DNA of 62,623 nucleotides, filler included, from an uncultured bacterium (GCA_964499705.1; 5 parts of 5 records of this genome joined end to end with filler, not necessarily neighbours in it); one strand, 5' to 3'. Shown: positions 37,461 through 48,143, counted from the first letter of the whole stretch. A program made the numbers and translations. The notes: generated by a model not told the origin, from the sequence alone.

Positions 37461-38507
37461 ATGTCCGATTCCCGTGAGCGAAGCACCATTGTAACTCTGG
37501 CGAAAACTCTGGAGGCCCAGAAGAATCTCGATCTGCTCTGTTCCAGGAAGCCGCTTGAAGTTACGGAACTCTACACGCCCAACGAAATGTACGGCACCGC
37601 GAAAATCCTGAAGGACTACGCGGGACTGCCGCGCGACCGGTCCCTGAAGGTCGTCGTGCAGCATGGGCCGGACATGTCGGACGGAACCGTCTGGGACGTG
37701 GAGCGAGATTTCACGCTGCCGGCTGTCATGGTGTTTTCGAGGAATCGCGAGCAGGCATACGGGACAATCACGCGAAAGAAAATTATCCGGAGCGCTTCTC
37801 CCTATTTGTACGCGTTGGATATGATGAAAGACCAGGCCCCGCCCGAACGCAAGGGGACTCTCTTTTTTCATTCTCATTCCACGGAAACCATCACGGTCGG
37901 CGCTGATTTCGAGCGACAGGCGGATGATCTGGCCGCTCTCGATGAGCGTTTCCAACCTGTCACGGTCTGCGTCTATTGGCAGGATTACCTCTTCGGTCAC
38001 CACCTGCCTTTCGCGCATCGCGGCTTGCCCGTCGTCTCTGCGGGCCACATCCACGATGACGCATTTATTGCGCGCCTACACCATCTGCTCTCCTGCCATG
38101 AATATGCCATGTCGAACGTCATCGGCACTTTCATTCAATACTCCATCGCGTCCGGTTGCCGATTCCATTTCTACGGGCTTCACTGGAGAGATGAATTCGC
38201 CCATCCGGAAGAATACTGGAAGAAAAATCCGAGCCGGCTCAGTCCCGAATATGTGGATCAATTGAAAAAGAAGTTTCACTGGGACGGAGCGGTGACGGGT
38301 GAAGAGCAGCGAACGTGGGCCGATTACTATCTCGGAAGGGAGTGGTTTTTATCGCCGGAAAAGCTGCGCAGGGAGCTCCTGTGGGCCGAATGGCTGGACG
38401 GGACCGGAGTCCGTATTCGAAATCCGGGCTTTCGTTCCCATTGGATCATACCGCCGCTGGCGCGAAGAACTTACAGAAAACTGAAACGTCTCCTGCCCGG
38501 AACCTAG
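37461..38507 (+). CDS. Hypothetical protein of glycan locus (possible GT-B-like)
   Basis: Long ORF with host-like codon use inside the polysaccharide cluster; no decisive motif. Confidence 0.5.
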   Translation: MSDSRERSTIVTLAKTLEAQKNLDLLCSRKPLEVTELYTPNEMYGTAKILKDYAGLPRDRSLKVVVQHGPDMSDGTVWDVERDFTLPAVMVFSRNREQAYGTITRKKIIRSASPYLYALDMMKDQAPPERKGTLFFHSHSTETITVGADFERQADDLAALDERFQPVTVCVYWQDYLFGHHLPFAHRGLPVVSAGHIHDDAFIARLHHLLSCHEYAMSNVIGTFIQYSIASGCRFHFYGLHWRDEFAHPEEYWKKNPSRLSPEYVDQLKKKFHWDGAVTGEEQRTWADYYLGREWFLSPEKLRRELLWAEWLDGTGVRIRNPGFRSHWIIPPLARRTYRKLKRLLPGT

Positions 38508-38510
38508 AGA

Positions 38511-39293
38511 TTACTTCGGGGGCGTGGCGGTCGGCTTGTCGATGAACAGCGCCGAATTGATTTCACGGGTCTTGCCCTTGCCGGATGCGCGATCCTTGTA
38601 ATGAGCTTCCCTGAGGTCACCCTTGGAAACGCCGTTGAACGTGAAGTAGACCGTGCGGCGAGGCTTGATGCTCGTGTTCAGTGCGCTCCTGTGTGGAACG
38701 TAGCAGTTGAAGATCAGGACCGTTCCCGGCGTGGCGTTTACCGGAATCCAGTCGAGCGATCCCGCGATTTCCTCCACGATGGATCCGTTCGGATTCCGGT
38801 CGAGCACCTTGCCCTCGAAACCCGGAACGACCTCGAAACATCCATTCTCCAGAGTGGCTTCGTCCAGGAAGAGCGCGGCGTTGATGTGATAGTGCTGAAA
38901 GGCCAGGGGCGATGTGTCGAACGCGTGGATATCCTGATGGGGCGCGTAACAACCCGTCCCGGGATATTTGTAGTTGATCTTTTCCTTGAACAGCAACACC
39001 GGTTCGCCGACGATCTCTTCCAGCATTCCGAATAGCCGGGATTCCTGTATCAATTGCCGGAATCCGGGATGAAAGGGGAGAAAATTTTCCGTGCGGGACA
39101 AGGTTTTTTTTCCATCCACCAGCTCGTAATAGTTCAAGTGCTGTCCCTCGACGGAGGGCCAGTCGCGGATTTCCTCCGCCCACCCGGCCAATTGCGCGAC
39201 CTCTTTCGTCGAGAAGAACGACGGCAGGACCAGATACCCGTTTTTCTTCCACGTCTGCATTTGTTCGTGATTTAGTACAGGATTTTCCGCCAT
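38511..39293 (-). CDS. PhyH-family dioxygenase, PhnY-like
   Basis: FKEKINYKYPG...APHQD, ENGCFEVVPG, PHRS...R; GGAGG SD before ATG 39293. Confidence 0.8.
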   Translation of the reverse strand: MAENPVLNHEQMQTWKKNGYLVLPSFFSTKEVAQLAGWAEEIRDWPSVEGQHLNYYELVDGKKTLSRTENFLPFHPGFRQLIQESRLFGMLEEIVGEPVLLFKEKINYKYPGTGCYAPHQDIHAFDTSPLAFQHYHINAALFLDEATLENGCFEVVPGFEGKVLDRNPNGSIVEEIAGSLDWIPVNATPGTVLIFNCYVPHRSALNTSIKPRRTVYFTFNGVSKGDLREAHYKDRASGKGKTREINSALFIDKPTATPPK

Positions 39294-39452
39294 GATGACA
39301 CACCCTCCCGCGTTCGCTTGAGCGATCATAGATTCGACATCCTTCCCGGGCAAGGGAAAACACCCGCGCCCCCGGGTTTCGGGACTCTATTCGAAGCTCT
39401 GGTTGATAAAAAATCGGTTGAACTTCGAGGGAAAGGTGAGAATATCTCCGCG

Positions 39453-40466
39453 ATGACGATGCTCGATATTCGCCGCTACAGGCCGTTCCCCATCCAGGAT
39501 CGAAGTTACCAGGTCGCCTCCATCAGGAAGATCCGTCAGAATCATCTCGATAAGATCGATCCTGCGACGGGCCTCATCAAGAGCGAATGGATGGAATCCT
39601 GCTGCTGCGCGTTCTGCTCCGAAACACGTTCCACGGAACATGCGGTGCGCTGGGGCGTTCGTTTCGTGCGATGCGCGCATTGCGGACTCATCTACCAGAA
39701 TCCTCGTCCGCGCCCCGGCGTGGTCCTCATCGAGGGCGGAACGTTGACGGTGGACGGGCTCTATAAGGAAGAAACCCGGGAGAAGCGCGCTTCGGGCTTC
39801 ATGGTCGACCGATGGAAGTGGGTGCGCGAGACCGTCAACAAACCCAAAGCAAGATTATTGGATGTCGGGTGTCATTATGGAACGTTTTCCCGCCAGGCCA
39901 TCGACGCAGGTTGGGAAGTCGTCGGGCTCGAACCGGAACCCCAATCCGCCGAGATCGCGCGGAAAGCGGGCTTGACCGTCATGGAGGCCATGCTGGAGGA
40001 AGCGGACCTGCCGGAGCAGTCATTCGACGCCGCCTGTGTCTGGGATGTTTATTGGGCGCCGACCGATCTGAAACTTTTTCAGGCGCGGTTGCACAGGGCT
40101 TTGAAGCCGGGCAGTTCCGTTTTCCTGTCGGATCCGAATCAGGAGTCTTTTGAGAGCCGGTATCTGGGGGGCCTATCCGGCTTCCCCGCTCATTCCACCT
40201 GCATCCACAACAATGGAGCCTCCGTTCTGAGGCGTGTCTTTGAAGAGACGGGATTCGAAGTGATCGAGCACTGGACCGCCGGAAATGACCTGATTCATCT
40301 TCGAGAGTGGATCGAGGCATTCGGAGAAGAGACGCTGGCCGGACACGAAGATCCCGCGGTGATGGCGGGATTGCGCCATGCGATCGCGAACATGGACATG
40401 GTTCAGCCGATCATCGATGCCGCCGGACTCGGCGCTTATCAGAAGATGCTCGCGAAGCGAATCTAG
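39453..40466 (+). CDS. SAM-dependent methyltransferase with N-terminal Zn-binding Cys pairs
   Basis: CAFC...CAHCGLIYQNPR, LLDVGCHYG, LKPGS. Start uncertain. Confidence 0.8.
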   Translation: MTMLDIRRYRPFPIQDRSYQVASIRKIRQNHLDKIDPATGLIKSEWMESCCCAFCSETRSTEHAVRWGVRFVRCAHCGLIYQNPRPRPGVVLIEGGTLTVDGLYKEETREKRASGFMVDRWKWVRETVNKPKARLLDVGCHYGTFSRQAIDAGWEVVGLEPEPQSAEIARKAGLTVMEAMLEEADLPEQSFDAACVWDVYWAPTDLKLFQARLHRALKPGSSVFLSDPNQESFESRYLGGLSGFPAHSTCIHNNGASVLRRVFEETGFEVIEHWTAGNDLIHLREWIEAFGEETLAGHEDPAVMAGLRHAIANMDMVQPIIDAAGLGAYQKMLAKRI

Positions 40467-40487
40467 AGTTCGGAAGCCAACACGGTT

Positions 40488-41363
40488 TCAGTCAGACTTT
40501 GGCCTCTGAGATTCCGCCGAGGACCCCTTGTCGTAAACTTTCCGCATCGGTCCGGTGAGGCCATCGCACGGCATTTCTCCAGTCCTGAATTTCGGCGGAC
40601 GCGACAGAAAGGCGTACCGGTCTTCCCTGAGAAGCTCGATACCGGTCCGGATCGCATCTTCCGATCCTACGGACTGCACGAATGTCATGCCGATCGGAAC
40701 TTCCTTCGCCAGCCCCTTTTCCAGCAGGATTTTCTCCACGCGGGATGTGTTCAGCTCGATGTCGTAGTCGAGGTACCGGACTGACATCGTAAATAGCCCG
40801 GGAATTTCCTCTCCGCCTGAATAGACCGGCGCGGAGAAAAGCTTCGTGTATTGATAGGGCACGCCGTAGAGGCGTTCGATATGATGAGCGAAGGAGAAGG
40901 CCCGCCCCAGATCTATGCCGAGGCAGACGAGCCTGGCGGACAAGACGTGCATCCGATGCCAGGGGGAATCGATGCCGAATCCGTCGTAATGAGGACCATC
41001 GGCGATTTCAGCCGCCCGGGCGCCCAGAGCGGTTACGGAAACGATCGGATGAAGAGAACGTCGCGCGCCGGGCCTGGTGCGGACATACTCGCTGAAGGGC
41101 CCTCCGCGGGACGGGGATTCTTCCAGGATATACGGCGTGCCGAAGCGCGCATAGTCCTCGAAAGGGGTATGCACAACGAGCGTGCCTTCCGGCCCCAAGG
41201 CATCCTGGAAAGCGCTCAAGACGATCGAAAGCGACTCCTCGTTGTTGCCGGCGCCCTCGATCGGTCCCAGCACGAGCCGGCTCTGGACGAATACCACGTC
41301 TCCCGAGTGCACGCCCACCCGGCGGAGAGAGTCGGCGATCTCCTCCCGGGTGACGGCCTTCAT
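40488..41363 (-). CDS. AAC(3)/YokD-family N-acyltransferase
   Basis: LGPEGTLV, SEYVR, RRSLHPIVS, FGIDSP, HHIE; start overlaps the ACP stop codon. Confidence 0.85.
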   Translation of the reverse strand: MKAVTREEIADSLRRVGVHSGDVVFVQSRLVLGPIEGAGNNEESLSIVLSAFQDALGPEGTLVVHTPFEDYARFGTPYILEESPSRGGPFSEYVRTRPGARRSLHPIVSVTALGARAAEIADGPHYDGFGIDSPWHRMHVLSARLVCLGIDLGRAFSFAHHIERLYGVPYQYTKLFSAPVYSGGEEIPGLFTMSVRYLDYDIELNTSRVEKILLEKGLAKEVPIGMTFVQSVGSEDAIRTGIELLREDRYAFLSRPPKFRTGEMPCDGLTGPMRKVYDKGSSAESQRPKSD

Positions 41364-41620
41364 CGAGAAGATCGGGATTCTTCGATGATGTCCGCCATGC
41401 CGCCGATCGTCGAAAATCTGCGGTCGCGCAATTGAGGTTGTTCCAGCGTGATGCCGAAGCGCTTCTCCACTTCGCCAATCAGCTCCACCACGCCGAAGGA
41501 ATCGACGAGCCCCGCTTCGAAATAGTCCGTCGCCAGGATATCCTCCTCGGACTTCGATTCCAGAGAGTCTCCTCCGCGCCCGCGGAGATACTCGACAATC
41601 CACCGGCTTGTTTCATTCAT
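41360..41620 (-). CDS. Acyl carrier protein (DltC-like)
   Basis: GLVDSFGVVELI phosphopantetheine site; 86 aa, acidic. Confidence 0.88.
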   Translation of the reverse strand: MNETSRWIVEYLRGRGGDSLESKSEEDILATDYFEAGLVDSFGVVELIGEVEKRFGITLEQPQLRDRRFSTIGGMADIIEESRSSR

Positions 41621-42444
41621 GAGCCACCGCCTTGCTTGAGAGGTTCAACAAGTTCCAGGATTTCTCCGCCCGTACCTCTGAAGAACACGATCCTAAGGCA
41701 GGAGCCATTCATGACAAGTTCAAAAACATCGGAAAATTCCCGCGCTCCCAATAGCCGCAGCCGTTCCATGTCGCGATCCACCGATGTCGACGTGAAGGCC
41801 AGGCAGGGAAAACCCCGGCAGTCCAGAGAGGAACCGCTTGATGATGCGGGATTCTCGATGATATGGATATCGCACCGTCCTTTCTGGAAGGGGCTGGAGA
41901 AAGACCCGGCCGCATGGCGAACGCCTCCGCGGTCCTGGCTCGTCAGCGAAAATCCCAGACCCTTCTGCCACAGTCGCATCGCCGGTTCCAGGTGCGGAAC
42001 CTCGAAGGCGAGAGCTTTGATGCCGTGATCCATCCCGGCGGTCGATATGCAGGCGCGATCATACACGCCTTCGATGTCCAGCGCCGGAATTCGGAACCGC
42101 GCGGCATCATCGCCACAGTAGAGCCGGCTCGTCCCGTCTTCGGTGCCGGGTTCGGCATCGACGGCCGATTTCGGCCTGCCGGTCCAGAGGCTCCTGTAGG
42201 TTGCCACGGGATCATGGAGCACGGATCCCTCGACGAGCACCTCGACGGGAATGAAAGGGCCTATGGGAATGAGAAAAGCGCAGGCAAGAGTGGGGGACCA
42301 GGAATTCAGAAAGAGGCGTTTCGTTTCGGGGTTCTGAACCCGGCGGTCGAGGAAATGGAGCTTGTAGCCGCAGTTCTGCAAGCATGCCGTCGCGCGATCC
42401 AGATCAAGCGCGGTGAGCGCCAGGTGATCGATGCCGATAATCAT
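41617..42444 (-). CDS. VOC/glyoxalase-fold protein
   Basis: IDHLAL, ALAFEV, FFRGTGGEILELVE. Confidence 0.7.
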   Translation of the reverse strand: MIIGIDHLALTALDLDRATACLQNCGYKLHFLDRRVQNPETKRLFLNSWSPTLACAFLIPIGPFIPVEVLVEGSVLHDPVATYRSLWTGRPKSAVDAEPGTEDGTSRLYCGDDAARFRIPALDIEGVYDRACISTAGMDHGIKALAFEVPHLEPAMRLWQKGLGFSLTSQDRGGVRHAAGSFSSPFQKGRCDIHIIENPASSSGSSLDCRGFPCLAFTSTSVDRDMERLRLLGAREFSDVFELVMNGSCLRIVFFRGTGGEILELVEPLKQGGGS

Positions 42445-42539
42445 GCGCGGTCAGTATAAGCGGCATGGACTCGAGCTTCAATCTCTAACGCCTGCCGCTT
42501 CATTTAAACGCCAAAAACTGTTGCATCAGAAGGGCAAGA

Positions 42540-43565
42540 GTGAAAATATTTGCGTCGATGGTAAGTCCCTATGTGCTGGAACCTTTCGACCCTTCTCCCC
42601 TGAGACAGAAAAAAGACCCTGATCCGGGCCAGCCGTCAACCACCTCGGCGGATCACCAGGCATTCTGGTCGGAATGCAAGTATCAGTTTCAGGATGAATC
42701 GGGACGAATCGTTCATGAATACAAGATGCCCAGCCATGTTGAAATTTCGCAGTTCGGCGGCTACGTCGGCAAGGTGGCCAAGTATCGTGATCCCGCTCTC
42801 CTGGACCACCTGACGAAGAACGGGATCTCGAAGGCTTCCTTCGCCAGCACGCGTTTCCCCATTCTCGCAACCCGATCGCCCCAGATCGATCTCATTCTCT
42901 TCGATATGATTCAGCATTTGAGAAAAGCGGCGGGATTGCCGCGCGTGAAGATCCTCGATCATGGCTGTTCGGTCGGCGAACATTACGATCTCCTGGACAC
43001 GATGCTGCGGGCCGCGTCCGGAGGGCGGGAAGGAGCGGCCGACGTTCTCGACTACACCGGCATCGATTGCTCGGAAATTCTCACGAATGCGGGGCGTTTT
43101 CTTCACAGCCGGTCCCATTCCTCCGGATTCCGGTTGATCGAGGAGGAAGGTTCGGAATCGGTGGCCTACAAGACTCCGCACGACATCTCTCTTTCGATCG
43201 GCGTCATCAATCACGTGCTCGATCCCTTGAACGGGCTACGGAGGCTCCTGGAAGCTTCCCGCCATGCGTGCGTCCTGGCGCTCTGGATGACTCCGGAACC
43301 TGCGGGCCGATGGTCCGTCGGCCATGGCGGCTCGCCCTTCTATCATTTCTGCCGGGCCGATCTGAAACCGCTTCAATCGCTCCATGGAGGCTATCATTTC
43401 TGGGTCGCCGACTTCATTCCCGATACGCAATCGACACAGCCGCGAAGTTACGTCGGTGTCAGCATGGAGGAACTCGCGGAGTTGGGATGCTATATCCTGA
43501 TCGGCACGACGCAGACGCAACTGCCGTTTCCTGTATCGCCCTTGTTCCCGGAGGCGCAGTCGTGA
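42540..43565 (+). CDS. SAM-dependent methyltransferase-like protein
   Basis: ILDHGCSVG, YTGIDCS, GVINHV. Confidence 0.65.
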   Translation: MKIFASMVSPYVLEPFDPSPLRQKKDPDPGQPSTTSADHQAFWSECKYQFQDESGRIVHEYKMPSHVEISQFGGYVGKVAKYRDPALLDHLTKNGISKASFASTRFPILATRSPQIDLILFDMIQHLRKAAGLPRVKILDHGCSVGEHYDLLDTMLRAASGGREGAADVLDYTGIDCSEILTNAGRFLHSRSHSSGFRLIEEEGSESVAYKTPHDISLSIGVINHVLDPLNGLRRLLEASRHACVLALWMTPEPAGRWSVGHGGSPFYHFCRADLKPLQSLHGGYHFWVADFIPDTQSTQPRSYVGVSMEELAELGCYILIGTTQTQLPFPVSPLFPEAQS

Positions 43566-44440
43566 CAAAGAAACTTCGCTGGGCTGCAGGCCGGTTTGTC
43601 TACCCGAAGGGGAAATCCGATCATCCGGTTCACTACAGCCCCTTCCAGGATTTTCAACTCGACGATGGGCCCGACTTCGCACATCTCTTTCTCGTCCGAG
43701 CCCGCCGATATGGCAATATGTCTCTCTCCGAGGAACCCGTTGCGGAGGCGATCGTTTGCTCGGCCGCGCCCCTGATCGCCGAACTGGCAGGGCATCTGGC
43801 CGGGAATTTTGCCGGGGGAAAGCCCCCCTTGTCCATCATGGAATTTTACCCGGGGGTTGGAGTCACATTCGAGCGGATCAAGCAATCTCTGGAATCCCGC
43901 CCGCCGGATCCGCCGGGGCCGGGGCGCGCTCGCTTCGCTTATTGCGCTTGTGGCGAAGAGTCCTTCAAGCTCAGGTTCGATATTGTCCACGGGGAAGACG
44001 CTTATCCCGTCGAATACATCACGGACGGATTGGGCGACAGCGCCGCGATCCTGAAGCGCGCTGAAAAGTCCGACCTTGTGATTTACAACGCGGATGAGGC
44101 CGTCCATCATCGTTGCGACCAGAATATCGATCTCGAAAAAGTCATCGCCGCGAGCGAGCATTCGATCCTGATTGCTTCGCGCGTGCTTTCTCCGGAGTCC
44201 GATGGCGAATCCGAATCGCTCATGACCGTTCGAGGCCGTACCGTGACGATTCCCGGCTTGAAGCATTTTCTGAATACGTTGAGGATGAACGGTCCTGAAT
44301 GGCGTTACCGGTTTTATCCGGACTTCGACGCGAATCTCTTTCTGCCGGGCAAGGCCTCCTCCACGGGGGTATGTCTGGCGTTCAGATCGTCCCGGGACAT
44401 ATCCGTTCCGGAATACCGGTCGATCTCAAGTGTATCGTGA
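43562..44440 (+). CDS. Hypothetical protein (possibly degenerate methyltransferase fold)
   Basis: GTGA overlaps at both ends; IMEFYPGVG resembles motif I. Confidence 0.5.
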   Translation: MTKKLRWAAGRFVYPKGKSDHPVHYSPFQDFQLDDGPDFAHLFLVRARRYGNMSLSEEPVAEAIVCSAAPLIAELAGHLAGNFAGGKPPLSIMEFYPGVGVTFERIKQSLESRPPDPPGPGRARFAYCACGEESFKLRFDIVHGEDAYPVEYITDGLGDSAAILKRAEKSDLVIYNADEAVHHRCDQNIDLEKVIAASEHSILIASRVLSPESDGESESLMTVRGRTVTIPGLKHFLNTLRMNGPEWRYRFYPDFDANLFLPGKASSTGVCLAFRSSRDISVPEYRSISSVS

Positions 44441-45261
44441 CGATCGACCACGCGCAGCTCGCCGATCAACTGAGACGCCTGGGCTATGCGATCATTCCGG
44501 GCGTATTGACCGACGCTGAATGCGGACGGTATAAGCAACTATTGGAGGAAATCTGGAGCAAATTCGCGGGGCGTTACACCGCCGCGGTCAATCCTGAAAA
44601 ATTGAACAACCAGGGCAAGGAGAAGATGTGTTTCAATCTGCATAACAAGGATATTTCCTTCTGCAGGTTGATCGATCATCAGGACGTCACCCGCGTCATC
44701 TATCCGGTCATGCAGAAAGGTTCCTACAAAAATTCCGTCCCGATAACCTGTCATGCCTGCAATGCCCGCACGCCGCTTAAAAACGCCGGATATCAGCAGT
44801 TGCATGTGGACGCGAGAACCCCGGTCTGCGATCCGCCCCAGTTGATCGGCGTTTTCTGGCTGATCGACGACTATACGGAGGATAATGGCGCCACGCGTGT
44901 CGTCCCGGGCAGCCATCTCTATTCCCACTTTCCCGAATCGGGCAAAATCTATCCTGAAGAGATCAAGCTCTGCGCTCCTAAAGGATCGGTGGTTCTGTAT
45001 GACGCGCATATCTGGCATGGCGGGGGTGAGAACACGACGGCAGACACGCGTTGGGCTCTGCTCATCCAATACACCCCCTGGTTTTACAAGTCCATGTTCG
45101 ATTTCAACCGGAACATGCCGAGGGAAATTCATGATCAGTTGAACGATGAACAGAAACGCTTGTTCGGTTACTTCAGCGTTCCGCCCCGGGATGAATTCGA
45201 ACGCATCGATGGCCTGTCGAACACGCCGTCCATTCCGGAAGATTACCTGCTCACAAAATAG
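44437..45261 (+). CDS. PhyH-family Fe(II)/2-oxoglutarate dioxygenase
   Basis: QQLHVD, DNGATRVVPGSH, WHGGG, R. Confidence 0.88.
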   Translation: MTIDHAQLADQLRRLGYAIIPGVLTDAECGRYKQLLEEIWSKFAGRYTAAVNPEKLNNQGKEKMCFNLHNKDISFCRLIDHQDVTRVIYPVMQKGSYKNSVPITCHACNARTPLKNAGYQQLHVDARTPVCDPPQLIGVFWLIDDYTEDNGATRVVPGSHLYSHFPESGKIYPEEIKLCAPKGSVVLYDAHIWHGGGENTTADTRWALLIQYTPWFYKSMFDFNRNMPREIHDQLNDEQKRLFGYFSVPPRDEFERIDGLSNTPSIPEDYLLTK

Positions 45262-45273
45262 CTCGGCGTCCCC

Positions 45274-45945
45274 TCACTCATCATACCAGGCGACCACCCG
45301 CCCCGGAGCGCCGTCGGCTCCCTCGAACGGCAGCGGGAGCGCCGCCAGGAACACTTCGGATCGCTGCAGGCGATCGAGGCCGCGGAGGTATTCGACGAGG
45401 ATGACCCCTTGTCCCAGCAGGAGCTTATGGCAGGGAGAATCCGGGGACGTCGTGTCGAAACGCGGCGCGTCCGGCGATGGAACGTCCATCCCGATCAGTT
45501 TGACGCCCTCGTCCAGAAGCCATTGGCAGGCCTCCAGTGAGAGCGCCGGCGCCTTGGAATAGAACGTCGGATCGCCGAACCGGGTCGACCAGTCGAAACG
45601 CAACAGAACACGTTCTCGAGGTTTCCCCCCGGGAATCGCCCGCGCCAGTTCTTCGGGCGATACGACCCACAGCTCAGGGGCCGGGATGAGGGGTACCACG
45701 GTCGCGGGGCCGACGAGGATTTCAAGCGGCAATGAGTCGATGCCCGCTCCCCCGGAAATAAAGTGCCGCGGCGCGTCAAAGTGTGTTCCGGTATGTGTCC
45801 CCAGAACAACACGCCGCGTCTCCCGTCCCTCCTGCTCGATCCGACCGAGCTGCGTTATTTCGAACGGAGGATGATTGGGGCTGGGATAGGTCATCATTCC
45901 TCCGCGAAGCGGATGGGAAAGATCGATGATGCGACGGATCGTCAT
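45274..45945 (-). CDS. Cyclase family protein (kynurenine formamidase-like metal hydrolase)
   Basis: DLSHP, HTGTHFDAPRH, GMD, H..LL, E, GADGAPGR. Confidence 0.9.
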   Translation of the reverse strand: MTIRRIIDLSHPLRGGMMTYPSPNHPPFEITQLGRIEQEGRETRRVVLGTHTGTHFDAPRHFISGGAGIDSLPLEILVGPATVVPLIPAPELWVVSPEELARAIPGGKPRERVLLRFDWSTRFGDPTFYSKAPALSLEACQWLLDEGVKLIGMDVPSPDAPRFDTTSPDSPCHKLLLGQGVILVEYLRGLDRLQRSEVFLAALPLPFEGADGAPGRVVAWYDE

Positions 45946-48143
45946 TTCCAGGCGGCCACGAGATCGCTGGCGTTCACGCGGCCATGATCGAAGAGTTCCG
46001 CATGCGCGTGCCCTCTCCGCACCTCCTTGAATTGATGGAATAGAGACTCGAGATCCTTGGCATCGTCGGAGACGAACCAGCGGAGCCCCTGCCTGTTATC
46101 GAGTGACGATGGATCTTCGATCCGATAGCTGCCGTTTCCGATGGGCCTGCAGCGGTGGAATTCCGAGCAATCGCGGGAGACGGTGGAAAGAAGCAGCAGT
46201 CCCTGCGGTCGGAGGCAACGATGAAATTCCGAGAGGACGGCAGAGACGTTTTCACGGGTGGCATTATAATGAATGGAGTTCCAGGAGACAATGAGGTCGA
46301 AGTAGTTGTCCTCGTAAGGGAGACGCGCACCATCGATCAGGCGGAGATCGGCGCGGAGCCCGGCTTTTTCGAGATCCTGGGCGATGTAACCCAGAAGCGT
46401 TTGGGAGATTTCCATCCCGGTGCATGTGAATCCCTTCCTCGAAAGAAAGATAAGATTGTTCCCGCTGCCGCAGCCGTGATCGAGCGCGCGGGCCGGCGTC
46501 GCCGGAATCGGGATGTAGCGACCGGAGATCAGGCGCACAAGATTTTCATCCGGGTATTCGATCGCCTGCGTGCGAATGCGGCTGGCGGCATCCCAGATCT
46601 CGACGTTCTGAGCCAGCGGAGCCTGGAATGCGGATGGGAGATGCAGTTTTTCGCGGACGAGCTCGCGCACGCGGTCTTTCAGGATCTTTCCGGCGGGATT
46701 TCTCGGAAACACATCGATTTCCAGGAATCTTGATGGCCTCTGAAACGGGCTTAATTGCTCGCGACAGAGCGCTTCCAGCTCGTGCTGCACGAGTATCCAT
46801 TCCGCGCCGGACTTCAATCGGACAACCGCGATGACCTCCTCTCCGACGACATCGTGCGGCTGACCGACGACGGAAGCCTCCGCCACGTGCTGGGATCCAA
46901 GCAGCACTTCCTCCACGGCGGCCGGGCTGATATTGAAACCTCCGCGGATGATCAGATCCTTTTTCCTTCCGACGAGAAAGATATTTCCTTCCGCGTCCGT
47001 GTGGCCGATGTCGCCCGTCGCGAGGAAACCATCCTGCAGGGGAGGGGAATCGATCGTTCCCGTTTCGGAGAGATATCCCTCCATGATATACGAGGTCTTC
47101 ACCAGGACTTCGCCGTCCTTAGGATCGATCCGGATCTCCACACCATGAAGCGGTTGACCGGCGCATCCGTCGAGGACGGGACGCGAAGAGGCGTTGGTTG
47201 CGAGCAGAAATGTTTCCGAAAGGCCGTAGCTCTCGTGAATCCGGATGCCGTATTTCTTCTCGAAATTGTGACGAAGCTGAGGGGCAAGAGGCGCGGTGCC
47301 GCACAGCGCCAGAAGGACGTTCTGACGGCAGTAGTGCGCTCCTGTTTCGCCCCGGTCCAGTTCCATCAGTATGGAGAGAATGGTGGGAACGAACCAGAAA
47401 GTGTTGACGCCCTCCGCCATGGGCGTGCTCCAGAAATCAATGGCCTGGCGTCCACTGAAGGGTTGCGCGATGACAATGCTCGCGCCCGATAGGTACGGGA
47501 TGAGAAAAAGATTCAACGTTCCCGGTATGGACCCCATGGCGAGATTGCCGTAAAAGCGGTGTTCCGGGCGTATTCCCAGATCGTGCGCGAAAGCCTTGCC
47601 GTTTCCGATCAGGGAGGCCAGGCGATGCACGACACCCTTGGGCCGGGCTGTGGTGCCGGATGTGTAGAAGATGGCCGCGATTTCATGGCCCTCCAATGAG
47701 CGCGCCTCGCCTGCCGAACGCGGGTTTGCTGCGACCGCATCCAGCCATGCCTTGCCGGCCAGGATCCGCCGATCCGCGGGTATGTCGAGAGGAAGCGCCT
47801 GGATACGCCCTGCGAACTGTGACGAATGAAAGAGGGCGCGCGCGCCGGATTGTCGCGCCAGGTAGATGATGTCCCGATCGCTCAGGAGCGGATGGATCGG
47901 CACGAAGGTGATTCCGGCGCGCATGCATCCCATGAAGAGAGCGGCGCATTCGATGCTGTTTTCGAGCAGGAGCGCGACTCGATCTCCCCGAGCCAGGTTT
48001 CGGCGAATGAGATCGGAGGCGACCTCCTGCACGAGCCGGTTGAATTCCCGATACGAGATGTGTCGCCCTGTCGAAGGCTCCGACAGGAGCATCGCGTCTC
48101 CGTGCCGCTCGGTGGCTTCAGCCATCACCTCCTGCAGATTCAC
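45942..48143 (-). CDS. Adenylate-forming acyl ligase fused to C-terminal SAM methyltransferase
   Basis: YTSGTTARPKG, YGLSE, TGDIG, GRKKD, GKI; then YPDE, LDHGCGSGNN, LRPQG. Confidence 0.88.
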   Translation of the reverse strand: MNLQEVMAEATERHGDAMLLSEPSTGRHISYREFNRLVQEVASDLIRRNLARGDRVALLLENSIECAALFMGCMRAGITFVPIHPLLSDRDIIYLARQSGARALFHSSQFAGRIQALPLDIPADRRILAGKAWLDAVAANPRSAGEARSLEGHEIAAIFYTSGTTARPKGVVHRLASLIGNGKAFAHDLGIRPEHRFYGNLAMGSIPGTLNLFLIPYLSGASIVIAQPFSGRQAIDFWSTPMAEGVNTFWFVPTILSILMELDRGETGAHYCRQNVLLALCGTAPLAPQLRHNFEKKYGIRIHESYGLSETFLLATNASSRPVLDGCAGQPLHGVEIRIDPKDGEVLVKTSYIMEGYLSETGTIDSPPLQDGFLATGDIGHTDAEGNIFLVGRKKDLIIRGGFNISPAAVEEVLLGSQHVAEASVVGQPHDVVGEEVIAVVRLKSGAEWILVQHELEALCREQLSPFQRPSRFLEIDVFPRNPAGKILKDRVRELVREKLHLPSAFQAPLAQNVEIWDAASRIRTQAIEYPDENLVRLISGRYIPIPATPARALDHGCGSGNNLIFLSRKGFTCTGMEISQTLLGYIAQDLEKAGLRADLRLIDGARLPYEDNYFDLIVSWNSIHYNATRENVSAVLSEFHRCLRPQGLLLLSTVSRDCSEFHRCRPIGNGSYRIEDPSSLDNRQGLRWFVSDDAKDLESLFHQFKEVRRGHAHAELFDHGRVNASDLVAAWK

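Noticed and set aside
40488-41363. AAC(3) homologue as an aminoglycoside resistance gene
   Set aside because: Translationally coupled to an ACP within a glycan biosynthesis locus; a biosynthetic role is more likely.
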